Assembly (NCBI GenBank): GCA_002709525.1
Contig: PARE01000027.1
Location: 9,403-73,402, forward strand
Direction: 5' to 3'
Origin: Magnetovibrio sp.
Lineage (GTDB): Bacteria; Pseudomonadota; Alphaproteobacteria; Rhodospirillales; Casp-alpha2
DNA length: 64,000 nt
Positions 20,625 to 28,971 of the stretch are shown piece by piece. The translations under genes were made by a program, and so were the position numbers. A model generated the notes under the pieces. That model was not told the origin of the DNA, made no database searches, and worked only from the letters and a program-made list of their open reading frames with translations. The first letter of the stretch is position 1. Every line of letters starts with the position of its first letter.

Positions 20625-21686
20625 CTATTGCTTACCCGTGTAAGTCTTGTCTGCCCAATCGAGAAATCGGGACAATCCGTCATTTAACGACACCTCAGGT
20701 GCGTAATCGAGCTGAAGGCGGGCTTTGCGAATATCTGGCGAGCGCCGATTGGGTTCGTCTGCCGGATAACTGTCGGGATACTCAACGATGTCGTATTGAA
20801 TACCTTGTGAAGATAGCTGCTCAATCTCTTGAACCAGCTCCAACATGGAAATTTCAGGTTCCGGATTACCAATATTATAGGCCTCACCGGCAACACCTTT
20901 TAAAATAACCAGAAAAAACCCGATGATCGCGTCCGTAATGTAACAGAAGGTACGCGTCTGATTTCCCGAGCCATAGACATGAAGTGGGATCCCGCCCTTG
21001 ATGCGGCTGGCAAAATTAGGCAAGACCCGATAGTCAGTCTCCTGCATGCCAGGACCAAACACGTTGAACGGGCGTATCGCGTTCGTGTGCGTTCCATGTT
21101 TATTGTGAAAGATGTAGCACAGAGTTTCTCCAACACGCTTGCTTTCATCGTAGCAGGCGCGCGGGCCCTGGCACGAGACGTTCCCGCGGTAGCTCTCCGC
21201 CATGGGAACATGTTTGGGATCCGGGTCTCCATAAATCTCACTGGATGAAAAAAAGGTGAACCGGGCATCATGGGCCTCAGCTAGTTCCAACATCCGTCGG
21301 GTTCCCGAAATAGCCACCTCGAGCGTTTCCAACGGATAAGCTCGATAGTAATAAGGACTAGCAATCCCAGCCGCATGAATCACGTAATCCAATGGTCGGT
21401 TCCATTCAAACGGCTGCACCACGTCATGTTGCACGAACTCGACATTCGGCAATTCTGGTATTTGGGCACCCTCCTGACCAGCCGTGATCATGTTATCCAT
21501 CGCAACCAACGTCACCGGCGCTTCAAGAATATCACGGTTCAAGGCGCCGAACACTTCCATAAAGTAGCGGCCAAGAAATCCGCGCCCACCTGTTAACAAG
21601 ATCGTCTTACCCGAAAACGCCTGAGATTCATCGCCCAGGCGTGCAACAATTTCAGCAATGTCGGAGTTTAGAAAGTGTCTTTTCAT
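20625..21686 (-). CDS. UDP-glucuronate decarboxylase-like SDR (UXS / ArnA C-domain type)
   Basis: LLTGGRGFLGRYF, YDESKRVGETLC and VYGSGNQTRTFCYITD parallel the UXS motifs YDEGKR...GDGSQTRSFCYV. Confidence 0.8.
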   Translation of the reverse strand: MKRHFLNSDIAEIVARLGDESQAFSGKTILLTGGRGFLGRYFMEVFGALNRDILEAPVTLVAMDNMITAGQEGAQIPELPNVEFVQHDVVQPFEWNRPLDYVIHAAGIASPYYYRAYPLETLEVAISGTRRMLELAEAHDARFTFFSSSEIYGDPDPKHVPMAESYRGNVSCQGPRACYDESKRVGETLCYIFHNKHGTHTNAIRPFNVFGPGMQETDYRVLPNFASRIKGGIPLHVYGSGNQTRTFCYITDAIIGFFLVILKGVAGEAYNIGNPEPEISMLELVQEIEQLSSQGIQYDIVEYPDSYPADEPNRRSPDIRKARLQLDYAPEVSLNDGLSRFLDWADKTYTGKQ

Positions 21687-21728
21687 TCGGTTGTTTACTC
21701 TCTGTGCTATTGACAGAATTGGAGCAAT

Positions 21729-22448
21729 TTATTGAAAAGCACCATAACGAATAATGCAGTAAATTGCTCTAAGTCCATCTCGCCAAGTGATCTTTTTTCC
21801 TTCGGCATAGGTCCAGCCATAATAGCTCACACCAACCTCAAAGAACCGCGGACGAGGCTGCAGCCGACTGATCTTTGCTGTAATTTCGGGCTCAAAACCA
21901 AAACGATCCTCTTTTATCTCGATCTGATCGATGCGATCCCGACGAAATACCTTGTAGCAAGTTTCCATGTCGGTGAGGTTTAAGTTCGTCACCATATTCG
22001 AAAGTAAGGTCAGTGCCTTGTTTCCCAAGCTATGCCAAAAATAGAGAACCCGATGACTCTGCCCGCCAACGAAACGGGAACCATAAACGACATCGGCCCG
22101 ATCATCAGCGATAGGCTTGAATAGTTTTGGATAATCTGAAGGATCATATTCTAAGTCAGCGTCCTAAAAAAGGAATACATCCCCTGAAGCCTGCGCAAAT
22201 CCAGTTATTAAGGCCGCTCCCTTGCCTTGGTTAGTTTCATGAGCATGGTGTATCAGAGAGGGATACTTGACTGCACATTCTAGAATTCGGTCCGACGATC
22301 CATCAGTCGAGGCGTCATCAACAATCACAATTCCCAACTCAAGACCGAGAGTGTCCGCATCCGTTACCCTCTCAATCACAGAGGCGATAGTTTTTTCTTC
22401 GTTGAAGCAAGGAATAATGACCGACAAGGTTGACAAAGTTTTCGTCAA
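21729..22448 (-). pseudogene. GT2 (DPM1/ArnC-like) gene interrupted by one in-frame TAG
   Basis: ORFs 22164-22448 and 21729-22028 are in the same frame (start coordinates differ by 420 nt). The 45 codons between them have no stop and read [45 protein letters not shown]. The stop (22164-22166 per the ORF track) replaces the Gln of the conserved FQDADLEY motif seen in the intact paralogue at 19912-20616. Confidence 0.75.
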
Positions 22449-22503
22449 GGCCGTGCCCTTTTCCCAATTTCTGTAAAATAATAATTTGAGGTAAGTTTTA
22501 TCA

Positions 22504-23757
22504 CTATCCGACTATCCGGACGTTTGGCAACGGCACGATGAACTGCCCCCCCTGCTCCACGAAAGCAGCATTCTTTTTGATTATTGCCTCAGCAAAATTC
22601 CAAGCCAGAACCACCACAGCATCAGGCCTTTTGCTGTATAAGGCCTCCGAGGGCAAGACCGGAATATGCATACCCGGCGAAAAGAGGTCCTGTTTGAGTG
22701 GACTATCGTCGACAATGAAGTCGATCATATCAGGTCCCATATCGAACTGATACATCAACGTGGTGGCCTTAGCTGGCGCGCCAAAACCCGCAATACGTTT
22801 TCCCGACGCCTTCATTGACTTCAACAATGCCATCAACTCCGTTCCGACGCGAAAAATCTTGAGCCCAAGCTGTTGGAGAGTTGCCGCTTCGTACAACCCA
22901 ATCTCCGCCTCATGCTCGACACGTGCCGAAACGGAGCCATCAACCGCATGGGGACCGTCCTTGTGCTGAACGACACCACGCAAACTTCCCCCATGTGACG
23001 CTACTCGTTCGGCCTTGATCAATTCCAAACCATGCCGATCGAAGAATCGCTGCAACGGCCGTACCGTATGATAGGCTAGGTGTTCGTGATAAATCGTATC
23101 AAACAGCGTATCCTCGAAGACATCAACCAAATAGGAAACCTCAAACACAAACACCCCATCTAGCGATAGAAGTTCACAGACACCCAAAGTGATGTCGCTA
23201 AGATCATCTGCGTGCGCAAAGACATTGTTGGCGGTTACAACCTTTGCCGGACCATGTTTCGCACGTATCTCGCCCGCCAACTCGCGCGAAAAGAATGTCG
23301 CCATGGTTTCAATACCGGCATTGGTCGCGGCGGCAGCAATATCGCGTGCCGGATCGACGCCCAGCACAGTCATGCCTAAATCCTGGAACTGCTTCAGCAG
23401 GGTGCCATCGTTTGAGCCTATATCCAGCACCAACTCACCGTGAGGTGCAGGTGCGTATGCGCTCGCAATTGCCTCGGCATAGGATTTAAAATGCTGAATA
23501 AACACCGGTGAGGTTCCTGAAACATACACGTAATTTCCAAACAACAACGCGGGGTCAACGACATCAAGGAGCTGCACATGTGCGCAATCCTCGCAAAAAT
23601 ATACATCAAGTGGATAGACATCTTGCGCCTTGCCAAGCTCTCTCTCGGTAATAAATGCATTGGCCGGCGGCGTCGGCCTCAGAGACAACACTTCCGTCAA
23701 GCGGTGCCCGCCACACAACCGGCACGTGCCACGGCGATAATGGCCGACGCTGCTCAA
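22504..23757 (-). CDS. SAM-dependent sugar C-methyltransferase (TylCIII-like; Zn-ribbon + class I MT + C-terminal domain)
   Basis: CRLCGGHRL...FCEDCAHVQL (Cys4 zinc ribbon), VLDIGSNDGTLL (SAM motif I), and a roughly 120-aa C-terminal domain typical of NDP-hexose C-methyltransferases. TTG start overlaps the upstream stop (TTGA). Confidence 0.65.
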   Translation of the reverse strand: MSSVGHYRRGTCRLCGGHRLTEVLSLRPTPPANAFITERELGKAQDVYPLDVYFCEDCAHVQLLDVVDPALLFGNYVYVSGTSPVFIQHFKSYAEAIASAYAPAPHGELVLDIGSNDGTLLKQFQDLGMTVLGVDPARDIAAAATNAGIETMATFFSRELAGEIRAKHGPAKVVTANNVFAHADDLSDITLGVCELLSLDGVFVFEVSYLVDVFEDTLFDTIYHEHLAYHTVRPLQRFFDRHGLELIKAERVASHGGSLRGVVQHKDGPHAVDGSVSARVEHEAEIGLYEAATLQQLGLKIFRVGTELMALLKSMKASGKRIAGFGAPAKATTLMYQFDMGPDMIDFIVDDSPLKQDLFSPGMHIPVLPSEALYSKRPDAVVVLAWNFAEAIIKKNAAFVEQGGQFIVPLPNVRIVG

Positions 23758-24269
23758 TCGTCACCACCCTTCTCGTCATCGCCGCGCGATTGCGCCTCAC
23801 CAGGCGACCAAGAGGTCCACCCCTCGGTAGGAACAAATTCGACCCTAACAACATCCGATTCGTATGTGGCTTGATCGCGAGGGTTGCGCCCTAGAGTTAA
23901 GAACACTGTATCGACAGGAAATCGCATACCGTGGTCGACCATCGGCGGGGTGAACACCATCTCACCTTCGTTAACTACGATAACCGCAGGCTCGTCATTG
24001 GATCCCGTTGGCCGATGAAAATACTCGACTTGACCGGCGATCACGTAACAATAGTGCCAGTCGGTCTTGTGATAGTGATTGGCGCGAATGGAACCTGCCT
24101 TGGATTTAATCATGACCGCCGATCGCATCATCTCATCGACGAGGGGCTGGATCATGCCGCGCGCGTCAATGAATGGCTTCTCCAGCTTAACAACGCCATG
24201 GGCGGGCCATCGGGATCTTTCTTCATCAGTCACAGGGGGAATATCATGAGCACTCATTGTTTCTCTCAA
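23754..24269 (-). CDS. cupin-fold protein (probable NDP-sugar epimerase/ketoisomerase)
   Basis: GSIRANHYHKTDWHYCYVIAGQVEYF fits cupin motif 1, G-x5-H-x-H. 171 aa, translationally coupled to the C-methyltransferase. Confidence 0.5.
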   Translation of the reverse strand: MRETMSAHDIPPVTDEERSRWPAHGVVKLEKPFIDARGMIQPLVDEMMRSAVMIKSKAGSIRANHYHKTDWHYCYVIAGQVEYFHRPTGSNDEPAVIVVNEGEMVFTPPMVDHGMRFPVDTVFLTLGRNPRDQATYESDVVRVEFVPTEGWTSWSPGEAQSRGDDEKGGDD

Positions 24270-24333
24270 ATCTAATGAATCAAACTATTCTAAAAGTGTT
24301 CGCCTGTGAAACCGATGCCTCGGGTACATCATG

Positions 24334-26310
24334 TCACCGGCTATCGGCATACGGGCACGTTGCTGGCGTCAGCCTAGCCAACGAAAACTCCGTAATGCTC
24401 GATCTCAGCGCTGGCAAAGTCCGCGACGCCACTTTTACCGCAGAGGCCTTTTCAACGACCACTAGGCACTTCAGTTCCAACAACCTTATTGCCATTCGAA
24501 AATAGCTATCGCTTTTTAAAAAAATTCTATATGACCAATTGATCTTTTTTCTTTCCACATATGATGGTTCAAATGAAAAAGGCAAAAGTGCGTGGGTTAT
24601 GTTCTGGGTCTGAAGTTGTTCCCAAAGTTTCCGCGGGTTCGTTGCCTTTGGATGAATGGCCACAACAGCCTGTTGCATCGAATTGGCATAGAAAACAGGT
24701 GCGTCAAAATGATACACGAGTTGCCGGTTGGAGACCAAGACACGGTCATTGACGCCAAGATGGGGCCGCGCGGCAATCACAGCGTTATATTCCGAGACGT
24801 TACGAAGAAGGAAAGCCTCGTCGTCTTGGCCCAAGATGTGATATTCTAAGTAATTGATCATAAATACTGACGCACCGACCAGCTGAATGCCAATTACTGC
24901 CGCGCAGGCTACTTTCAATGGCCAATCAATCACGGGCAGCCGGGAGGCTGCCCGAACGGCTGCGACAGCGAAGCAGATCAGCAATAAGGGGTAGAGCGGC
25001 AACAAATGGCGCAATCTTTGCGACGGGCCGGTCAAAAACCAGATCATATAGGCAATCAGGCATGCACCTGCAAATACGATCAAAGGATGCTTCCATAGGC
25101 CCCTGCGATAAAGCCAAAATCCCATACAACTGAACGGGAGGAGGACCAATGCCATGGGACCGAATCCAACCCGCAATGATTCAAAGACCGGATGAGCGTC
25201 CAGCGTCGCCTTTAGCGGATAACCGAAAAGCCAAAACAAGTTTACCGCAAGCGGTTTCTCGGTGATACCGCTCCTGTAGAATGCGTGAATATCCGCGTCC
25301 CAAATTGCCTGTGGTCGATAGTCGGCGAGGCTGTAAAGAAGCGGGAAAATGGGATCTCCCGTGATAAGGTAATTCCACACGTACCATTGTGCGCCCACGG
25401 CCAACAACGCCACACTATAAATACCCCCGTGGATTACCCAGCGCCTCTGCAGAAGAACCATGCAACCGCACGCAAACGCGAAGATTAGGCCCGTGTACTT
25501 GCTGGCCATAAAAAAGCCCGCAGCCACACCCGCAATGATCGTGTATCGGAAAGCGGCGGTTCGCCGAGCCTCGGCCACAAGAATCAAGGCTGCGAGCACA
25601 AACATTGCGTTCCGTACTTCAATCTGACCGCTGCCCGCTCCGTAAACGATCGCCGGGGTGGACAGGAATACAAGCGTGATCGCCAAGGACCAATCGAGGC
25701 TCAGATAGCGTCGCGCCGTGACATAAACCATCGCTGCGCATCCCCACCCCGTTGCCATTGTCCATAGGGTCATCGTGGTCTCGCCCCCTGTGCCCAAGGC
25801 GACCATATAGGTCATTTGCAGGAGTAGAGGGATCGTGCCCTCAATGGCCTGATAAATGGGAACAAGGCGGCCTTCAGCAAGGATAGCCTTGGGTAGCGCA
25901 AAATGATACGCGAGCGAGTCCCCATCCGCCGGAGGCGCCAGCCCTTCAAGTAAGTCACCACCTAAAACCAGCACAATACCAATCCCGAGCGCCACTCGGA
26001 CGATCGGCGAAATTGATACGAAGGGCTCGGGTTCGCAGTTGCGCCGCTGGTTTCGGCTCTGGAAGACGCTCACCAGAAACACTAGACCAGGCGCCATGAG
26101 ACCAAGCGCCATCGTCAAGGACAAAGTGTTAACGTACCCGTCCACGGCGAGGAAGAACGTGACCCAGCCGATGGCACCAACGCCAAGAGCAAAAGCTAAC
26201 GCACAAAACTCAGAAAGTGAGAACCGATCCGTCAGGCCTACGGCTCGAAGGATCAGAGTGCCGGCGCCAAGAGCGCCGGCCAGCATCAAAAACAGATAAG
26301 CTATGAACAC
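24334..26310 (-). CDS. large polytopic membrane protein, GT-C-fold (ArnT/PMT-like) glycosyltransferase candidate
   Basis: 658 aa with more than 10 hydrophobic segments. An early loop carries an acidic motif (APPADGDSLAYHF), and there is a C-terminal soluble domain of about 150 aa. Context: polyprenyl-P GT2 genes nearby. Confidence 0.5.
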   Translation of the reverse strand: MFIAYLFLMLAGALGAGTLILRAVGLTDRFSLSEFCALAFALGVGAIGWVTFFLAVDGYVNTLSLTMALGLMAPGLVFLVSVFQSRNQRRNCEPEPFVSISPIVRVALGIGIVLVLGGDLLEGLAPPADGDSLAYHFALPKAILAEGRLVPIYQAIEGTIPLLLQMTYMVALGTGGETTMTLWTMATGWGCAAMVYVTARRYLSLDWSLAITLVFLSTPAIVYGAGSGQIEVRNAMFVLAALILVAEARRTAAFRYTIIAGVAAGFFMASKYTGLIFAFACGCMVLLQRRWVIHGGIYSVALLAVGAQWYVWNYLITGDPIFPLLYSLADYRPQAIWDADIHAFYRSGITEKPLAVNLFWLFGYPLKATLDAHPVFESLRVGFGPMALVLLPFSCMGFWLYRRGLWKHPLIVFAGACLIAYMIWFLTGPSQRLRHLLPLYPLLLICFAVAAVRAASRLPVIDWPLKVACAAVIGIQLVGASVFMINYLEYHILGQDDEAFLLRNVSEYNAVIAARPHLGVNDRVLVSNRQLVYHFDAPVFYANSMQQAVVAIHPKATNPRKLWEQLQTQNITHALLPFSFEPSYVERKKINWSYRIFLKSDSYFRMAIRLLELKCLVVVEKASAVKVASRTLPALRSSITEFSLARLTPATCPYADSR

Positions 26311-26323
26311 CGTATAAGCGCCC

Positions 26324-27214
26324 TCAGGTTATGGCGGCCTTGACTGCAAACGCCTCGAGAGCACGCCGCCGCCGCACGTACAGTACATCAACGGCACCCT
26401 CGATTAGCAGTTTCTGGTAGCTCAATGGCGCACCGGGCGACAATGAATCTGCGCAGAACGCCATTCGGTTTGTTTGGCGCCCATTGGCGCCGCGAACGCC
26501 GCTGCGACAATACCGAAAGCGACGCGAGATCGCCTCCATTGCCAAGCGATCGATGCTTCCAATGTCACCGAACGCGTAGGCATACCAATCTGTCTTCTGT
26601 GCAAGACGCGTATCTAATAGATCTCCGGCCGCCTCAACCTCCTCGACCAATTCTTCTTTGGTGATTTCCGTCAGCCGTTGATGTCGCATGCCATGACAAC
26701 CGATCACATGGCCCTGAGACTTGAGGTTGCAAAGCTCATCCCAATTCATCAGACGCATGCCCGACGGCAAGTCTTCGGCGTCGATCCGACCTTGGAACAA
26801 CTGCCGAGCAACCGCTTGGCGCTGCATATCGCCCTCGAGATCGGTCAGTCCCGGACACACGAAGAATAGGGCTTTGACGCCATAGCGATCGAGGATCGAT
26901 GCCGCAACTTCGAAGTTGGACCCAAATCCGTCGTCGAATGTAAACAGGCATGGCAAACACCAAGACGGTCTCACGACGTCTTGATCCGCCGACTCTGCAA
27001 CGGCTTCCGTCGGAGAAATAACGCCGTGCTCCCTCGCAATATAAGCAACTAATCGATCGAACGCGTCATGCTCATGATCCTCAATTCCATGAAATAGCAG
27101 CATTCGAAACGCCGACGTCCGTGTTAGCCCGAACGTACCTAAGCGATGCAAGAACCGTATTGGCGGAGCCGCAAGATAACGCAAGATGCTCATCGTTTCA
27201 CGGTTAGTTACCAA
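26324..27214 (-). CDS. polysaccharide deacetylase (CE4 / NodB homology domain)
   Basis: CLFTFDDGFGSNFEVAASILDRYGVKALFFV and VIGCHGMRHQRL. An alternative ATG start lies at 27193. Confidence 0.8.
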   Translation of the reverse strand: MVTNRETMSILRYLAAPPIRFLHRLGTFGLTRTSAFRMLLFHGIEDHEHDAFDRLVAYIAREHGVISPTEAVAESADQDVVRPSWCLPCLFTFDDGFGSNFEVAASILDRYGVKALFFVCPGLTDLEGDMQRQAVARQLFQGRIDAEDLPSGMRLMNWDELCNLKSQGHVIGCHGMRHQRLTEITKEELVEEVEAAGDLLDTRLAQKTDWYAYAFGDIGSIDRLAMEAISRRFRYCRSGVRGANGRQTNRMAFCADSLSPGAPLSYQKLLIEGAVDVLYVRRRRALEAFAVKAAIT

Positions 27215-27335
27215 GAATCTTGTTGATCAGCGGCATCACGAACCCTTGAAATTGTCTCAAATAAAGCACGAGCACGCCGATAACCCAAATCCAGGCAAGA
27301 ACTGCCCAAAAATTGCTTTTTGGCTCTTGGATCAC
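27204..27335 (-). CDS. hypothetical 43-aa single-pass membrane peptide (not in the ORF track as such)
   Basis: GTG at 27335-27333 overlaps the TGA stop (27334-27332) of the upstream membrane protein (GTGA). It reads (M)IQEPKSNFWAVLAWIWVIGVLVLYLRQFQGFVMPLINKILGN and stops at 27204, 8 nt before the alternative ATG (27193) of the CE4 gene. It fills an otherwise unexplained 117-nt gap. Confidence 0.3.
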   Translation of the reverse strand: MIQEPKSNFWAVLAWIWVIGVLVLYLRQFQGFVMPLINKILGN

Positions 27336-28969
27336 GAGCGGATAAATCCACGAAACCAGCCCAACATGGGCGGAACCGCAAAAAAGAAAATCCAGAAGCA
27401 CACGAGCTGCGGCAAAAAACTGCCGGTCATGACCGTGAAATTCGACTCATGATAAAACAATGGGAACAGTAAACCACCACTAATCGCAACGCCCGTAATT
27501 TTGCTGCGCGGCGCATTTATTATACAATCCAGAAAACCGAGGAAGAGGCCGGCCAGGAACATACCAATTAAAATCCCGACCTTTCCGAAATTAGCATACA
27601 TCTCGGTAATCCACGGCATGTTCACCGACATTGAAGTCTGGTGGGGCAGCAAAATGCCATATCGCCGCCCAAACTCATTCCCCCAACGCTCCTCCGGTTT
27701 TTCCAACCACACGAGCCTGGGCACCCAACCGATGAACAAGGTGCGATAGGTTTCGCCTTGCCAGAAAGGAATATTTTTCGGCGTCTGCTCAACCACGTGA
27801 CTAAGGGTTAAAATTGCAGAAATCCGACGGACCAAGCGCACATGATCGAGGTCGATGTTCATTGGGTCACGAAACATATTGCTCACCCGATTGCCTAGAA
27901 TCCCAACAAAGCCCAATAGCTTTTCCGATGTCGAGGCTCCTCCATGGAGTTCGTTCAAGATCCAGAACTTCTGGCGCTCCAATTCAATGCTCTCCGGGTC
28001 ATTTTCGCCAAGGATATCCTGTTTGACGCGAATCTCTTCAAGTCTAATCTTCAGCGCCGCGCGATCTAAATCGGCGGGAAGAAATGTCGCCGGTTCGGTA
28101 TTTGCAGATCGCCAGTAGTGGGTTCGATAAGTGCTGAGGGATGGATAGATGATGGTCATCGCGACAACTCCCAGGATTGCTATCCTCCACGGTATCTTTC
28201 CGAGATAATGAAACCTCAGCACCAACCAGACCAAAACAATGAAAATGACAGGTGTCATCAAGCCGATTGAGATCAGGGTCGCCATCCACAGAGGCAAAGA
28301 CCCAAGAAAATAGAACGCCGCAATCCAGGTGGACAGCCGCCCCTTTATCCAGAGAATATAAAACAGCGCAAAAGCAACAACGCCTGCCGGCTGCAAAAAC
28401 TGTCCGATCGACGGCAATGAACGAACCGCGGGGGACAGCCAATAAAAATTGACGCACAGCGCCAAAAGCAAAACCGCGAGGATCAAATCCAAATCACTTC
28501 CCGGCGCTTGCTCGGGGAAAGAAATTTTCAATCGTTTCCCCAGTTTCCGCACCGCCAGCCAAGCCATGAGCATCAGCGCAAGGCCCACCAAAACCAGCAT
28601 TTGTGCTTCGATATTGACCGTTTCAACATAGGTGTTTCTGTAGAACTCGATTCTTTGAACATCGGCGCTTGGGCCACTAGCCCCCCTCAGGCTAAAGGCA
28701 AAAAACGCTGGCACACCAAAAAACACCGCATAGAATAACCCGGTCATTGGCATCAACGGGATTGCCGGTCGCAAAGCTCTAGGCCGCATAACATAGAGGA
28801 TCCCCGGCGCCAAACCCAGCCAAACAATTGCAAGGGCTAGAAGCGCGCGATCAAGCGTGAGCATTTCGGAACGGAAAATCACGCAAAGGCAACTCGCGAC
28901 GATGCAGACGACAAAACCAACCTGCACGGGAACCGACAGTTTCGCCGTATTGAGTACTTGCATGTTCAT
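27332..28969 (-). CDS. polytopic membrane protein, O-antigen polymerase (Wzy)-like candidate
   Basis: 545 aa with about 12 or more hydrophobic segments and a large loop (residues around 290-400). No named motif recognised. The call rests on topology and context. Confidence 0.4.
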   Translation of the reverse strand: MNMQVLNTAKLSVPVQVGFVVCIVASCLCVIFRSEMLTLDRALLALAIVWLGLAPGILYVMRPRALRPAIPLMPMTGLFYAVFFGVPAFFAFSLRGASGPSADVQRIEFYRNTYVETVNIEAQMLVLVGLALMLMAWLAVRKLGKRLKISFPEQAPGSDLDLILAVLLLALCVNFYWLSPAVRSLPSIGQFLQPAGVVAFALFYILWIKGRLSTWIAAFYFLGSLPLWMATLISIGLMTPVIFIVLVWLVLRFHYLGKIPWRIAILGVVAMTIIYPSLSTYRTHYWRSANTEPATFLPADLDRAALKIRLEEIRVKQDILGENDPESIELERQKFWILNELHGGASTSEKLLGFVGILGNRVSNMFRDPMNIDLDHVRLVRRISAILTLSHVVEQTPKNIPFWQGETYRTLFIGWVPRLVWLEKPEERWGNEFGRRYGILLPHQTSMSVNMPWITEMYANFGKVGILIGMFLAGLFLGFLDCIINAPRSKITGVAISGGLLFPLFYHESNFTVMTGSFLPQLVCFWIFFFAVPPMLGWFRGFIRS

Positions 28970-28971
28970 TC

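Noticed and set aside
22164-22166. The amber codon in the GT2 gene as programmed read-through or pyrrolysine.
   Set aside because: It is a single occurrence at a position that is Gln in the paralogue (a one-transition change). The window shows no pyl genes or recoding signals. A nonsense mutation or a sequencing error is far more likely.
22546-22552. G7/C7 homopolymer inside the C-methyltransferase, with a second one at about 49501-49507 in the DegT GEGG codons, considered as phase-variation tracts.
   Set aside because: The tracts are short and fully explained by the Gly/Gln codons they encode. Both genes are in frame. There is no evidence of slippage from a single sequence.
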